From a virus (lineage: Duplodnaviria; Caudoviricetes): a stretch of 64,000 nt of DNA. Of this stretch, positions 30,201 to 39,500 are shown piece by piece; the stretch's first letter is position 1, and every line of letters begins with the position of its first letter. The translations under genes and the position numbers were made by a program. A model generated the notes under the pieces. That model saw nothing but the letters and a program-made list of their open reading frames with translations, had not been told where the DNA came from and did not search any database. The stretch lies in the IMG/VR virus record IMGVR_UViG_3300020374_000001. One strand, 5' to 3'.

Positions 30201-31071
30201 CTATTTCTCCATAGTATTCAAAAAACGGTTCAATATTATAATCGTCTGTTAAAATACCTCTTCTTTTACTTCCACTATCTGGTAAACCATCATCATCTAT
30301 TGACCAGTCTGTTGCTTTACCATACATAGTTCCTATTTCAGTATTAAAACTGAAAACACAAGTGTGCTCTTCTTTATAACCTTGTACTTCAAATATAGGT
30401 TCAAAATCTCCAAAGTTTTCTTTTGCAATATCTATCAATTCGTTTATATTATATGTATAAGTGTCTAAATAGTTTCCCATTTTACCTACTGATTTTATTC
30501 TCATCATAATAGGAAAAGATTTGCCAGGTTTTCTATCATATTTTTTACATAACATTATAACATAATCTAATAGTGGTTTCAGTATATGTATATTAGTAGG
30601 ATCAACTATTACGTTAATATGTGGTACTATTTTATGTTTGATACAATTTTCTAATGCTTTCTTTTTTGCAGTTGCAAATTTTCCGTTATCAAATCTTTTA
30701 TATACTTCATCATCTAATCCACCATTCATACTTAAACCTAGAAAATTTAATCCTGATTTTTTAAGATTGATAACATATTGTTCTTGGAATAATTTAAGAC
30801 CATTAGTAAGTAATGATGGTTTATGTTTATACTTTCTTGCAATCTTTATTAGGTCAAAAAGTTTATCATTCATAGTAGGTTCAGCACCTATAAAACGAAT
30901 ATCACAACGCTTAGGTAGTTTACTAATTGCCTGTTCAAATTTAATCATATCTACATCAGGAAATTTAGGATTATTTAACATATCTCCTAGATAACAATTA
31001 GCACACGCCATATTACATTGATATGTTGTTTGTATTGATATGCTGTGAAATGTATTTTTTTCAGGTATCAT
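30169..31071 (-). CDS. Radical SAM enzyme
   Basis: CNMACANC, GAEPT, LTNG; no second cluster motif evident. Confidence 0.9.
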   Translation of the reverse strand: MIPEKNTFHSISIQTTYQCNMACANCYLGDMLNNPKFPDVDMIKFEQAISKLPKRCDIRFIGAEPTMNDKLFDLIKIARKYKHKPSLLTNGLKLFQEQYVINLKKSGLNFLGLSMNGGLDDEVYKRFDNGKFATAKKKALENCIKHKIVPHINVIVDPTNIHILKPLLDYVIMLCKKYDRKPGKSFPIMMRIKSVGKMGNYLDTYTYNINELIDIAKENFGDFEPIFEVQGYKEEHTCVFSFNTEIGTMYGKATDWSIDDDGLPDSGSKRRGILTDDYNIEPFFEYYGEIDETSTPRLEQ

Positions 31072-31772
31072 CTTATAGCAATTCTATTCATTAATCTTTC
31101 ATTCATTTTATCAAAGGCGTGTCTTTTATGTATTGTCAACCATTGTTCACTTACAACTAAATCACCATCTTCCCAATGATGATCGTATCTATACTTATCT
31201 TGTAGAATATGATTCTTTAAATAATTAAACAAATCATCTGGTATACCTTCAATTATTTGTAAAAAAGGAAAGTATAATCCTTTTTGTCCATACTCATTTA
31301 TATAAACTAACTTATGAACATTATCTTTATTATGATGTTCTCTAAATGTAGGATCATCTGTATAACCACCTTTTTTAAAACCACAAGTAAATTTTATATT
31401 ATGACAACGTAATTTTATATCATCTGGTAAATCCTCATATGCTTTTCTATTATCAATCCAACTTGTAACACTACCTTTACTTCCTTTTACAGCATATATC
31501 CAAATTATTGAACATCTATTAACTTCACTAGGTTTGTTAGCGTGCCAATCTAATTTTTCTTTATGTCCAAACAATCCACCTTCAGTAACTTTTACTACAC
31601 CAGGAATACCGCCCCATTTATTAAATAATTCTAAATGAGTAGAATCTGTTAAGTCAGGTTTTTCTACTTCACCAATAGTTTCTGCTAACTTTAATTGTTC
31701 TTCAGGTGATACTTGTCCTATTTTTTCTACGCAAACTAAATTAGTAAATACTTTTTCTCTTGTTATATTCAT
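31068..31772 (-). CDS. TauD/TfdA-like dioxygenase (HxN variant)
   Basis: WHAN, TSWID..AYEDLP, HHWEDGDLVV..TIHKR, RLMNR. Confidence 0.88.
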   Translation of the reverse strand: MNITREKVFTNLVCVEKIGQVSPEEQLKLAETIGEVEKPDLTDSTHLELFNKWGGIPGVVKVTEGGLFGHKEKLDWHANKPSEVNRCSIIWIYAVKGSKGSVTSWIDNRKAYEDLPDDIKLRCHNIKFTCGFKKGGYTDDPTFREHHNKDNVHKLVYINEYGQKGLYFPFLQIIEGIPDDLFNYLKNHILQDKYRYDHHWEDGDLVVSEQWLTIHKRHAFDKMNERLMNRIAIR

Positions 31773-32554
31773 TTTACAAATAATTTCTCACTAACAATTT
31801 CTTTAATAGGTTTGCCAAAATATTTATTGGGTTTATACTTATCTGTTTCTTTATCATAATCTAACCAAGGTGTTAATCCCATAACAACATTAATTCTAGG
31901 TTCTTTTGTTTCTACTTGTTTTATCATAGTAGGTCTATGTGGTTGTTTTGTATTCCACAAATATGCTTTACCTATTTCTAATTGATATATTTTATCTTTC
32001 CATTCTATAGCATATTCATCACTAGTTTGTAAAGGTATGTTAACTCTTAATAATTGACAAGTAGGTTCATCAACGTGCCAACCTTTATCGTTAGGTCCTT
32101 CTCCATATCCAAAAATATATGCAACTCTACTCCTAGATATATGAAAATTAAATCTATCTAAAAAAAATCCTAGATGTTCTTGTATTGTTTCATCTATCTT
32201 TCTAAAACCAAATGTATCATAATAAGTATCTTTTAATTGTGTATGATCTCCTTTGCCTTTTTCTAAACCATAGTATTGATCTAACAATGGCGATCCCCAT
32301 ACTTGACTATATCTACTTTCAGATTTATCAAAAAATGTAGGGTTGTAAGTTAACCCAAAACCTTTGTATTTTTGATGAGTTTGATGTTTAGTTCTCCAAC
32401 TTGTAAGACCTACTATACTTTCTATTTTTTTAACACCTTCTAGTATCTTGTCTGCTGTAGGAAGACCTAATTCTTCTAAAGTATATTCATTCCAACCAAA
32501 ATCTTCTTGTTTTTCATCTACTTTTTTAAAGTAAGATTTCACTTCATTTATCAT
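31769..32554 (-). CDS. Fe(II)/2OG oxygenase, Asp/Asn beta-hydroxylase-like
   Basis: Start MINEVK at 32554; WHVDE, RVNIPLQT, GKAYLWNTKQPH, RINVV. Confidence 0.8.
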   Translation of the reverse strand: MINEVKSYFKKVDEKQEDFGWNEYTLEELGLPTADKILEGVKKIESIVGLTSWRTKHQTHQKYKGFGLTYNPTFFDKSESRYSQVWGSPLLDQYYGLEKGKGDHTQLKDTYYDTFGFRKIDETIQEHLGFFLDRFNFHISRSRVAYIFGYGEGPNDKGWHVDEPTCQLLRVNIPLQTSDEYAIEWKDKIYQLEIGKAYLWNTKQPHRPTMIKQVETKEPRINVVMGLTPWLDYDKETDKYKPNKYFGKPIKEIVSEKLFVK

Positions 32555-32571
32555 ATCCTTATTTATTCTGT

Positions 32572-32579
32572 TATAAATA
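32572..32579 (+). promoter_or_regulatory. T4-type late promoter TATAAATA
   Basis: Exact consensus at the head of the tail-fibre cluster. Confidence 0.85.
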
Positions 32580-32587
32580 TAGTATAT

Positions 32588-32616
32588 ATTATAACACGAG
32601 GAGAATATAATGTCAA
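32588..32616 (-). promoter_or_regulatory. Perfect-consensus sigma70 promoter TTGACA-N17-TATAAT with extended -10
   Basis: Minus strand ttgaca ttatattctcctcgtgt tataat, 33 nt before ATG 32554. Confidence 0.85.
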
Positions 32617-32834
32617 TAGTAATAGATGGTAAAGTATATGATGAAACGAAGTTTAGTATAGGATTAAGAAATAGAATCGTTGCTAGACAAGAGATTGAGG
32701 CTTCTAAAGTCAGACACAATGTTGAGTTGGAAAAAATTGAAGTTCTTACTGAATTTTATAACAAAAAAATTATAGAATTGATGAAGGAAGAGAAAGTACA
32801 ACCAATAAAAGAAGACAATGGCAGCAATAGCTAA
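32610..32834 (+). CDS. Small coiled-coil hypothetical protein
   Basis: GAGGAG RBS; IVIDGKVYD N-terminus; 74 aa. Confidence 0.75.
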   Translation: MSIVIDGKVYDETKFSIGLRNRIVARQEIEASKVRHNVELEKIEVLTEFYNKKIIELMKEEKVQPIKEDNGSNS

Positions 32835-33159
32835 TTTAATAATAGATCAAGGCGCTAATTTCAGTTCAGACGTAACCGTAAAAGACGCAAACGGAAACGC
32901 ATTTAATCTAACTGGATATACAACAGAAGCGAAGATGGCAAAAGGTTATGCGTCAACTAGAACAAGAACGTCATTGACTTCAGTTATTGCCACAGACGCT
33001 ACTTCAGGAGTAGTTGCTCTGTCAATGACGGCTGCTCAAACTGCTGCTTTAGACGCAGAAAGATATGTGTATGATGTAGAAATTACACAGACTTCCACAG
33101 GTACGGTAACTAGAGTAATTGAGGGTTTAATCACGGTAAGACCTAACGTAACTACATAA
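32818..33159 (+). CDS. Small virion structural protein (Ig-like)
   Basis: NLIIDQGANF..NLTGY..YVYDVEI..RVIEG pattern common in marine myoviruses. Confidence 0.7.
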   Translation: MAAIANLIIDQGANFSSDVTVKDANGNAFNLTGYTTEAKMAKGYASTRTRTSLTSVIATDATSGVVALSMTAAQTAALDAERYVYDVEITQTSTGTVTRVIEGLITVRPNVTT

Positions 33160-33168
33160 TAAAAGTAT

Positions 33169-33176
33169 TATAAATA
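33169..33176 (+). promoter_or_regulatory. T4-type late promoter TATAAATA
   Basis: Exact consensus, intergenic. Confidence 0.85.
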
Positions 33177-33195
33177 TAACAAAAGAGAGAGGTTT

Positions 33196-33444
33196 ATGGC
33201 AAGTATTACAGCAAAAATTAATGCTTCTACTGGAAGCGGACCCAAAAAAGTTTCAGTAACCCTGCCTTCAGGTACTTCACTACAAAATAGTTCTCTTTCT
33301 TTAAAATTATTAGGTGACGTTGACGTAACTTCTTTAGATGATGGTGCATTATTACAATACAGAGCTAGTGATGGTAAGTTCGTAAGTAGAAACGAAATTG
33401 TAACCACTACTGGTACTTTAACTTTTAACGGCGGATCATTTTAG
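33196..33444 (+). CDS. Small fibre-associated protein
   Basis: LGDVDVTSLDDGALLQY fibre motif, NGGSF C-terminus. Confidence 0.65.
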   Translation: MASITAKINASTGSGPKKVSVTLPSGTSLQNSSLSLKLLGDVDVTSLDDGALLQYRASDGKFVSRNEIVTTTGTLTFNGGSF

Positions 33445-33454
33445 AGAGTAACAT

Positions 33455-35173
33455 ATGGCAACGGTAATACAGATTAAAAGAAGTTCAGCAACTTCAGCAC
33501 CAGGAACACTTAAACTCGGTGAATTAGCATACACTTATGGAACAGGCGCACAAAACAACCTAGGAGATAGAATCTTTATAGGTGAAGGTGGCGTTGACGG
33601 TAACGGTGACGCAAATAACGTATCAGTAATTGGAGGTCAATATTTTACAGATATGTTAGATCACGTACAAGGTACGTTGACAGGAAATTCAGCTATCATT
33701 GCAGATTCAAACTTAGCAATAGATACATTAAACGTAGGTAACTCACTAACAGCAGGTGGTGAAGTTAGATTTAACGAAGGTACTAATAACGGTACTAACT
33801 ACATAGGAATTAAATCTCCTAATGCAGTAACAGCTTCTCAAACTTTTGTTTTACCTGATGGTGACGGTACTGCTGGTCAGTTCTTAAAAACTGATGGATC
33901 AGGAAATTTAGATTTTACAACCGTTAATCAATTTATTAATTTAGCAGGTGATACAGGAACAGATACTTACAATACTTCCGAAACATTAACTTTCGCAGGT
34001 ACAGGTGGTATGACACAAACGGTTACTGATAATACGGTAACGGTAACTGCTACAGCATTAACAAACGCTAACTTATCTGGTACTGCTGGAATTACAAATG
34101 CTAATATAGCAAATCCTCAAGTATTAATAGGTGGTCAAACAATTACTTTAGGTGCCGCTGCTACAACAGATATTTCAGGTTTAACTTCTTTAGTTGTAGA
34201 TGATCTTACATTAAATGGTCAAACAATAACTACAACAGCAGGTAATAAAGATATTACTTTAACACCTCACGGTACAGGTACGGTAGTTGTACCATCAGGT
34301 TATGAAGACAGAGCAGGATTTACAGATAATTCACTTGCAAACAAAATGTATGTTGACCAAGTTGCACAAGGTTTAGATACTAAACCATCTTGTAAAATTG
34401 CAACAACGGCTAACTTATCAGCAACTTATAATAACGGTACTGCTGGTGTTGGTGCAACATTAACTAATTCAGGCACACAGGCAACATTAACACTTGACTC
34501 AACTGCTGCTAATTTAAACGATAGAGTTTTAGTTAAAGATCAAACAGACGCAAGTGAAAACGGTATTTACACGGTTACAAATGTTGGTAGTGCTTCTACA
34601 AATTGGGTATTAACAAGAGCAACTCCAGAAGATCAACCTGCTGAATTATCAGGTGGTTCTTTTGTATTCGTTGAAGAAGGTGTTTTAAATGCTAACAATG
34701 GTTATACATTTACACATACAGGTGCTCCTACTTTTGGAACAACTAATTTAGATGTATCACAATTCTCTGGTGCAGGTCAAATAACTGCTGGTGCCGCTTT
34801 AACAAAAGACGGTAATCAATTAGATGTTGCAGTAGATGATAGTTCAGTTGAAGTTAGTACAGACGCATTAAGAGTTAAGGCATTAGGTATTACAAATGCT
34901 ATGTTAGGTGGTTCTATTCAAACATCTAAACTTGCAAATCCATTTATAACTTTAACAGATGAAACTTCTACAACAGGAAGAGTTTATTTAGAAGAAAATT
35001 TAGAATTTTTAGCAGGTGAAGGAGTTAACACTATTGTTGATAACAACACAATTAAAATTGAGGGTGAAGACGCTTCAAACTCAAACAAAGGTGTTGCAAA
35101 ATTTAACTCAAATAATTTTACGGTAACTTCAGGTGATGTTGAAGTTAGTACGGTTGACGGAGGTACATTCTAG
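33455..35173 (+). CDS. Tail fibre-like structural protein
   Basis: IQIKRSS..LKLGELA N-terminus, GQFLKTDGSG, ANKMYVD, DRVLVKDQTDASENGIY, DGGTF end. Confidence 0.8.
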   Translation: MATVIQIKRSSATSAPGTLKLGELAYTYGTGAQNNLGDRIFIGEGGVDGNGDANNVSVIGGQYFTDMLDHVQGTLTGNSAIIADSNLAIDTLNVGNSLTAGGEVRFNEGTNNGTNYIGIKSPNAVTASQTFVLPDGDGTAGQFLKTDGSGNLDFTTVNQFINLAGDTGTDTYNTSETLTFAGTGGMTQTVTDNTVTVTATALTNANLSGTAGITNANIANPQVLIGGQTITLGAAATTDISGLTSLVVDDLTLNGQTITTTAGNKDITLTPHGTGTVVVPSGYEDRAGFTDNSLANKMYVDQVAQGLDTKPSCKIATTANLSATYNNGTAGVGATLTNSGTQATLTLDSTAANLNDRVLVKDQTDASENGIYTVTNVGSASTNWVLTRATPEDQPAELSGGSFVFVEEGVLNANNGYTFTHTGAPTFGTTNLDVSQFSGAGQITAGAALTKDGNQLDVAVDDSSVEVSTDALRVKALGITNAMLGGSIQTSKLANPFITLTDETSTTGRVYLEENLEFLAGEGVNTIVDNNTIKIEGEDASNSNKGVAKFNSNNFTVTSGDVEVSTVDGGTF

Positions 35174-35553
35174 TGGCAACCGTAATAAAACCAAAACGAT
35201 CAGAAACACCAAGTCAAATTCCAGGTGCTGCTGCTTTACAAGTACACGAATTGGCAATGAACGTAACAGATGGTAAGTTATATACTAAAACATCTGGAGG
35301 CGTTGTAAAAGAAGTTGGTGGTGCTGGTGCTGTAACTTTACAGGCAGTTACAAATGCAGGTGCAGTTACAAGTAATGATATTACATTAAACGGTGCAAAT
35401 ATAATTTTTGAAGGTTACCAAGAAAACGCATACGAAACAACTCTAACGGTTCAGGAACCTACAGGTGATAGAACAATAACTTTTCCAGACGCAGATGGAG
35501 ATGTTGCTATGCTTGGAGACTCATTAGCGTTTTCAATAGTATTCGGTAGTTAA
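35173..35553 (+). CDS. Short fibre-associated protein (GTG start)
   Basis: N-terminus paralogous to 33455; PTGDRTITFPD shaft motif; AFSIVFG end. Confidence 0.7.
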   Translation: MATVIKPKRSETPSQIPGAAALQVHELAMNVTDGKLYTKTSGGVVKEVGGAGAVTLQAVTNAGAVTSNDITLNGANIIFEGYQENAYETTLTVQEPTGDRTITFPDADGDVAMLGDSLAFSIVFGS

Positions 35554-35555
35554 TA

Positions 35556-35903
35556 ATGGCAAGTACATTTAAAAATGCAGGAATAACCGTTCCAGTAGTA
35601 GATACGTCTGCTGGTAATTTATTTACAGCTGGTGCAAGTGCAACTGCTGTAATTCACGCATTATATATTTCAAATAAGAGTACAACTGCTGCTGCTACCG
35701 TAAATGTAAAAGTTACAACTGATGGTGGTTCTACTTTTTATCACATAGGTAAAAGTTTAGAAGTTCCGCCAAACAATACATTAACTTTAGACAAACCAGT
35801 TAATTTAGAGAACAACGATATTGTTAGAATAGTCGCTGACCCAAATCCTGATTCGTCTTCAGTAGATGTTGAGGCATACGCAAGTATCCTTGAATTAACA
35901 TAG
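35556..35903 (+). CDS. Small virion structural protein
   Basis: MASTFKNA..ASILELT beta-rich 115 aa in the fibre operon. Confidence 0.65.
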   Translation: MASTFKNAGITVPVVDTSAGNLFTAGASATAVIHALYISNKSTTAAATVNVKVTTDGGSTFYHIGKSLEVPPNNTLTLDKPVNLENNDIVRIVADPNPDSSSVDVEAYASILELT

Positions 35904-35906
35904 AAA

Positions 35907-35914
35907 TATAAATA
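35907..35914 (+). promoter_or_regulatory. T4-type late promoter TATAAATA
   Basis: Exact consensus, intergenic. Confidence 0.85.
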
Positions 35915-35920
35915 GAGAAA

Positions 35921-36550
35921 ATGGCATATTTAGTAGATCACACACCCGCTGCTTCAGTAAAACAGAAATCTTTTAACGGAATTAGACGAACAAAAGATGG
36001 TATGTTATATCTAACTTCAGTAAATCCTAACAAAGGTAATGAAACAATTGAAGTATCAAAATTTTACGAAGATGGTAAGTCTGATTTTGTAGGAAGATCA
36101 GAAACAGATTATGTAGATGAAAGACTAGAGATGTTTGATGTTAACTATTTTACAACAGATGGTTCAGCATATCAATTTACAATATCAACACCAGTATTAA
36201 ATGAGTCAAGGATTGCAGTATTTTTAGACGGAGTTCAACAAGTTGCGTTTTCAGACTTTACTTTAGTCAATAATACCGTAGTAACTTTCACTCTAATTCC
36301 AAAGACTGGATTGAGTATTGTTATAGGTACGGTTAAGAAAAGATACTACAATAATGATAGTGATAGATTTCAACAAATTAACTTTTCAGTAAATCCTACC
36401 ACTACTTTTCTTATAAATAATACTAGTGGAGATTTAGTAAAAAGAGTAAATGCAGGAGTAACAAGAACCGCTGAGAGTTCAGACGATTTTGATACTTTTG
36501 AAGACACAACGGCAGTTTCTACAACTACATCATATCAAAGTGCAGTATAG
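35921..36550 (+). CDS. Putative virion structural protein
   Basis: VFLDGVQQ..DFTL..VTF beta module; late promoter. Confidence 0.6.
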   Translation: MAYLVDHTPAASVKQKSFNGIRRTKDGMLYLTSVNPNKGNETIEVSKFYEDGKSDFVGRSETDYVDERLEMFDVNYFTTDGSAYQFTISTPVLNESRIAVFLDGVQQVAFSDFTLVNNTVVTFTLIPKTGLSIVIGTVKKRYYNNDSDRFQQINFSVNPTTTFLINNTSGDLVKRVNAGVTRTAESSDDFDTFEDTTAVSTTTSYQSAV

Positions 36551-36572
36551 AAATGACTAATTAGGGAAACAA

Positions 36573-39500
36573 ATGGCAGATTTTAAACTAGGACGACTTA
36601 AATTTAAATGGAGAGGTGATTGGACAACTAGTACAGGCTATGTTATAGATGACATAGTTAAGTACGGTGGTAATACATATGTTTGTATATCAAACCATAC
36701 ATCGCCAAATAACGAAAACATATTTTACACATCTCCTGCAACATACACTACAAACTGGCAACTACACGGAGAATCTTTTTACTACAAAGGTGCTTACGCA
36801 AATTCAACTTGGTACAAATTAAACGACCTAGTATCTTATGGTGGTAAACAATACCGAGTTACAACTGCTCATACTTCTTCAAGTGCAGTTTTAGATCAAG
36901 CAAAATTTGAACAATATTCAGACGGTATCACTTTTAGAGGTGATTACGCTTCTTCAACTCAATACAGATTAAACGACCTAGTTAAGTATGGGGGAAGAAC
37001 ATACAGAGTCACAACTGAACACACATCTGCTTCAGGTGGTGACATTAATATAGACTTAGCTAAATTTACACTTTATAGTGAAGGTTTAGCATTTTTAGGT
37101 GATTGGACAACTACACAATATTACAGATTAGATGATATTGTTAAATTTGGTTCTTATCAATATAGATGTACAACTGCTCACACTTCAGGCGCAACTGCTG
37201 ATGATTTTGCTCAGGCAAATTTTTCAATCTATTCTGAAGGTTTACAATTTGAAGATTCTTATAACGCAAGTACCGTTTACTCAAAAGGTGACGTTGTAAC
37301 TTACGGAGGATATTCTTACGTATATGTTGCTGCTGAAGAAGCCTCAGGACAAACACCTGCTGACAATGCTACTTGGGATGTAGTAACAACTGGTTTCAAT
37401 GCAACTGGTATTTACTCTCACGGAACAGCATACAAAACTGGTGATACGGTTCAGTATGGTGGTAATTCATACGTTGCAATTTTAAATGGTACAAATCAAT
37501 ATCCTGCTGATACAGATGGTACCGTAAATTCAACTTATTGGAAAGTTGTCGTAGAAGGATTTAAATGGAGAGGTACTTATGACGCCGCTACAACTTATTA
37601 TGTTGGTGATGTTGTAAGATATTCTTCAAACTCATACATACAATTAAAAGACAGACAAGTAAATGTAACTCCTGGTTCAGACGCAACCGTTTGGACAATT
37701 CTTGCTCAAGGAGATACTGCTGCCGTATTAACTACAAGAGGAGATTTATTATTTGAAAGTTCTGGTGGTGTTGCAAGATTACCTGTCGGTATGCCAGGAT
37801 CAGTTTTAGCAACTGACGGATTAGATGTACTATGGACTGGTGAATCAGGTAAAAATATTTTATGGGTTTCTCCAAGTGGATCAGATAGTAACCCAGGTTC
37901 AGAATCTTTACCTTACAAAACAATTCAATACGCTGCTACTAGAGCAAAAGATAAATCAGTAAGAGAAGTAGAAAATGTAACTGGTGGTACAGGTGGTACT
38001 GCTAATGTTTACAATAATGTTAGAGCAATTGCTTACAAAGAATTAAAAGTTACTTCAGTTACAAATACAACAACTTTTGAAGTACAATTAGGAACATCAA
38101 CTTATACACACACTTATGTTAGTGGTGGTACAATTAAAAAATCAGATAACTCAAATTTAACGGTTACAAACGGACCTTACAATCATACAACAGGTGTTTT
38201 AACAATTACAACTTCAGGTGCTCACGGTTTATCAATCAATGATTTAATAAGAGTAAGAGGTTTAGATTACACTTGTTCTATTGGTGCAAAAACTTATCCT
38301 GCTGTTGGTGCTGACGCTTTCTTTAGAGTAGATACAAATAGTGGTGCTGTTGCTGTAGAAATACAAAATGGTACACACGATCACAATGTTGGAGACAAAT
38401 TATATATTGATGGAACATTGATCGGTAATGCGACTGCTCCTTTATTAATGGATGTTAAATCTGTTGCTGGAGATATTTTAAGAATTAAAAACGGAACATA
38501 TTCAGAAATTTTACCTTTAAGAATTAGAGCAGGTATTTCTGTAATGGGAGAAACTTTAAGAAATACAAGAGTTGGTCCTGCAAGTGGTAACGGTACACAA
38601 ATTAAAACTATGAAGGTGATTAATAATCCATCTTCAGGTAAAACTAATGGAGAGTACAAATATATTCACCCTAGTAAAACTGAAAAACAATTTGCTGTTT
38701 TAAGTACACCAGACTCAACAAATTTCACGTGTAATATCGGTACATCAAGTTTAGTACACACATATGTTAGAGGTGGTACGGTTACAAATGCTGCTTTTGG
38801 ATCATTTACTATATCAAATGTAAGTTACGACAATTCAACAGGTGTTGCTACTATTACAACATCAAGTTCTCACGGATTATCAGTAAGTGATAATGTTAAA
38901 TTAACTGGAATGGATTTCAGTACATTAGAAGGAACATTAACTCTTCCTAGTGTAGGACAAGGTGCAGTATTTAGCATATTAGTTCAAGGTAATACAGCAG
39001 TTGAGTTTAACACATACCACGGTGGTGCAGGATATAGTGTTGGTGATATACTTACTTTAGCGTCTGGAGATACAGGCGGAAGTGGTGATATTACTTTACA
39101 AGTAGGTTCAACAGAATTAAATGCTGCTTCAAATATGTGGTTATGTAATGACTCAAACAACATTAGAAACTTTACATTTACAGGATTAACAAGTAAAAAA
39201 CGTGCTGGTGGTTTATATCAAGTTACGGTTACAAGTGCAAATTCATTTACGGTTCCAACAGCAACAGATGATTTAACACACAACTATGTAAGTGGTGGTA
39301 ATGTTATTATTGAAGGTGCAGAATCAACAGATGTTTCAATTCAAAATTACGCATATGCTCACGCTGCTGGACAGATAACGGTCAATACAGACTCAAATCA
39401 CGGATTAACAACAGGTGATTATGTTACACTTGCAAAAGCAAAATTCAATATTACAGACGTAGGTGAAAGAGTAATACCAAGAGGTGTTCAAATGGCTGCG

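Noticed and set aside
30169-31071. Calling this radical SAM moaA or queE
   Set aside because: Lacks the MoaA C-terminal Cys cluster and GG end, and no moa or que pathway genes are nearby
19074-32554. RiPP cluster interpretation (radical SAM + nitroreductase-like dehydrogenases)
   Set aside because: No YcaO, recognisable RRE, protease, transporter or convincing precursor peptide; sugar enzymes dominate
32555-32719. 55-aa N-terminal extension of the 31769-32719 ORF
   Set aside because: Runs through its own promoter and the opposite gene; ATG 32554 fits better. ORF-track starts at 15797, 21398, 25803, 28659, 50806, 56849, 61228 and 62176 were shortened for similar reasons
36606-37700. Tandem repeats as CRISPR array or DGR template/variable repeats
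   Set aside because: Repeats are protein-level and degenerate in DNA; no spacer structure, reverse transcriptase or adenine-specific variation
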